From a candidate division WOR-3 bacterium (GTDB lineage: Bacteria > Hydrothermota > UBA3073 > JACQXS01 > JAGMCI01): a stretch of 64,000 bases of DNA. Positions 63,729 through 64,000 of this stretch are shown one piece after another. The translations under genes were made by a program, and so were the position numbers. The notes beneath the pieces are model-generated. The model was not told where the DNA came from and made no database searches. It was given only the letters and a program-made list of their open reading frames with translations. Position 1 is the stretch's first letter. Every line of letters starts with the position of its first letter. The stretch lies in contig JAGMCI010000014.1 of the NCBI GenBank assembly GCA_023129325.1, positions 2,123-66,122 on the forward strand. The letters run 5' to 3'.

Positions 63729-64000
63729 TGATTAATCACATTTTCAAGGAAAACGGTCTTATTGCCAAAAAGATGCCTGATTATGAGGAAAGGCAAGAGC
63801 AAATACTTATGGCTCAAGCTATAGATAACATTATAAAGCAGAAAAAGCCTGTCTGCCGACAAGTCAGGCACCTTATTTGTGAAGCCGGAACTGGGGTAGG
63901 CAAATCGCTTGCTTATCTTGTTCCTTTTATACTCTGGGCTAAAAATAACAAAAAGAAAATAATAGTTTCCACTTACACAAAAACACTCCAACATCAGCTA
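63728..64000 (+). CDS. DinG/Rad3-type ATP-dependent DNA helicase, N-terminal part (runs off the window)
   Basis: My own translation from the ATG at 63728 (TAATG overlap) gives MINHIFKENGLIAKKMPDYEERQEQILMAQAI...CEAGTGVGKSLAYLVP...VSTYTKTLQHQL. The ORF is not in the supplied track because it is open-ended. Confidence 0.75.
   Translation, partial: MINHIFKENGLIAKKMPDYEERQEQILMAQAIDNIIKQKKPVCRQVRHLICEAGTGVGKSLAYLVPFILWAKNNKKKIIVSTYTKTLQHQL

Noticed and set aside
63515-63994. 159-aa minus-strand ORF at the right edge
   Set aside because: It is antisense to the transglutaminase-like gene end and to a clear DinG-type helicase N-terminus (Walker A EAGTGVGKS) on the plus strand.

Overview
AT-rich bacterial window, probably from an uncultivated lineage that uses type IX secretion, because two secreted proteins end in T9SS-type C-terminal sorting domains. 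The left 6.3 kb is mostly on the minus strand. It holds a lipoprotein, a DUF4258/zinc-ribbon toxin-antitoxin pair, a threonine-dehydrogenase-like SDR, a serA/serC-like pair, decayed gene remnants and a plus-strand tRNA cluster (Thr, Tyr, Gly). From 6381 to 63728 nearly everything is plus-strand and forms one very large glycan-assembly locus. By my count it has 14 GT4-like, 4 GT2, 3 CgeB-like, 1 other GT-B-like and 2 GT-C-like membrane glycosyltransferases. It also has 11 SAM methyltransferase domains, 2 DegT-type aminotransferases, 2 polysaccharide deacetylases, a GNAT, an SDR epimerase, a kinase-like protein and a radical SAM/SPASM enzyme. Both export routes are present: Wzx plus a Wzy/ligase-like protein, and Wzm/Wzt. 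Two T9SS cargo proteins and two small foreign-looking insertions (a four-helix-bundle gene and a nucleotidyltransferase pair) interrupt the locus. A DinG-like helicase begins at the right edge. Two things stand out. (1) The locus carries many short modular repeats: tandem arrays with 7-, 8- or 14-nt periodicity and GC-rich TCCNG...CNGGA or GTAGGGGCG...CGCCCCTAC hairpins. These occur between genes, and at least 25 copies lie in frame inside 14 otherwise ordinary genes, sometimes as inverted arrays around conserved coding cores. (2) An intact tRNA-Gly(UCC) lies inside the anticodon region of a second, Gly-like tRNA whose two halves still form a full cloverleaf. All functional calls rest on motif reading and recall of protein families; no searches were run. 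Coordinates of hand-mapped elements may be off by 1-2 nt.
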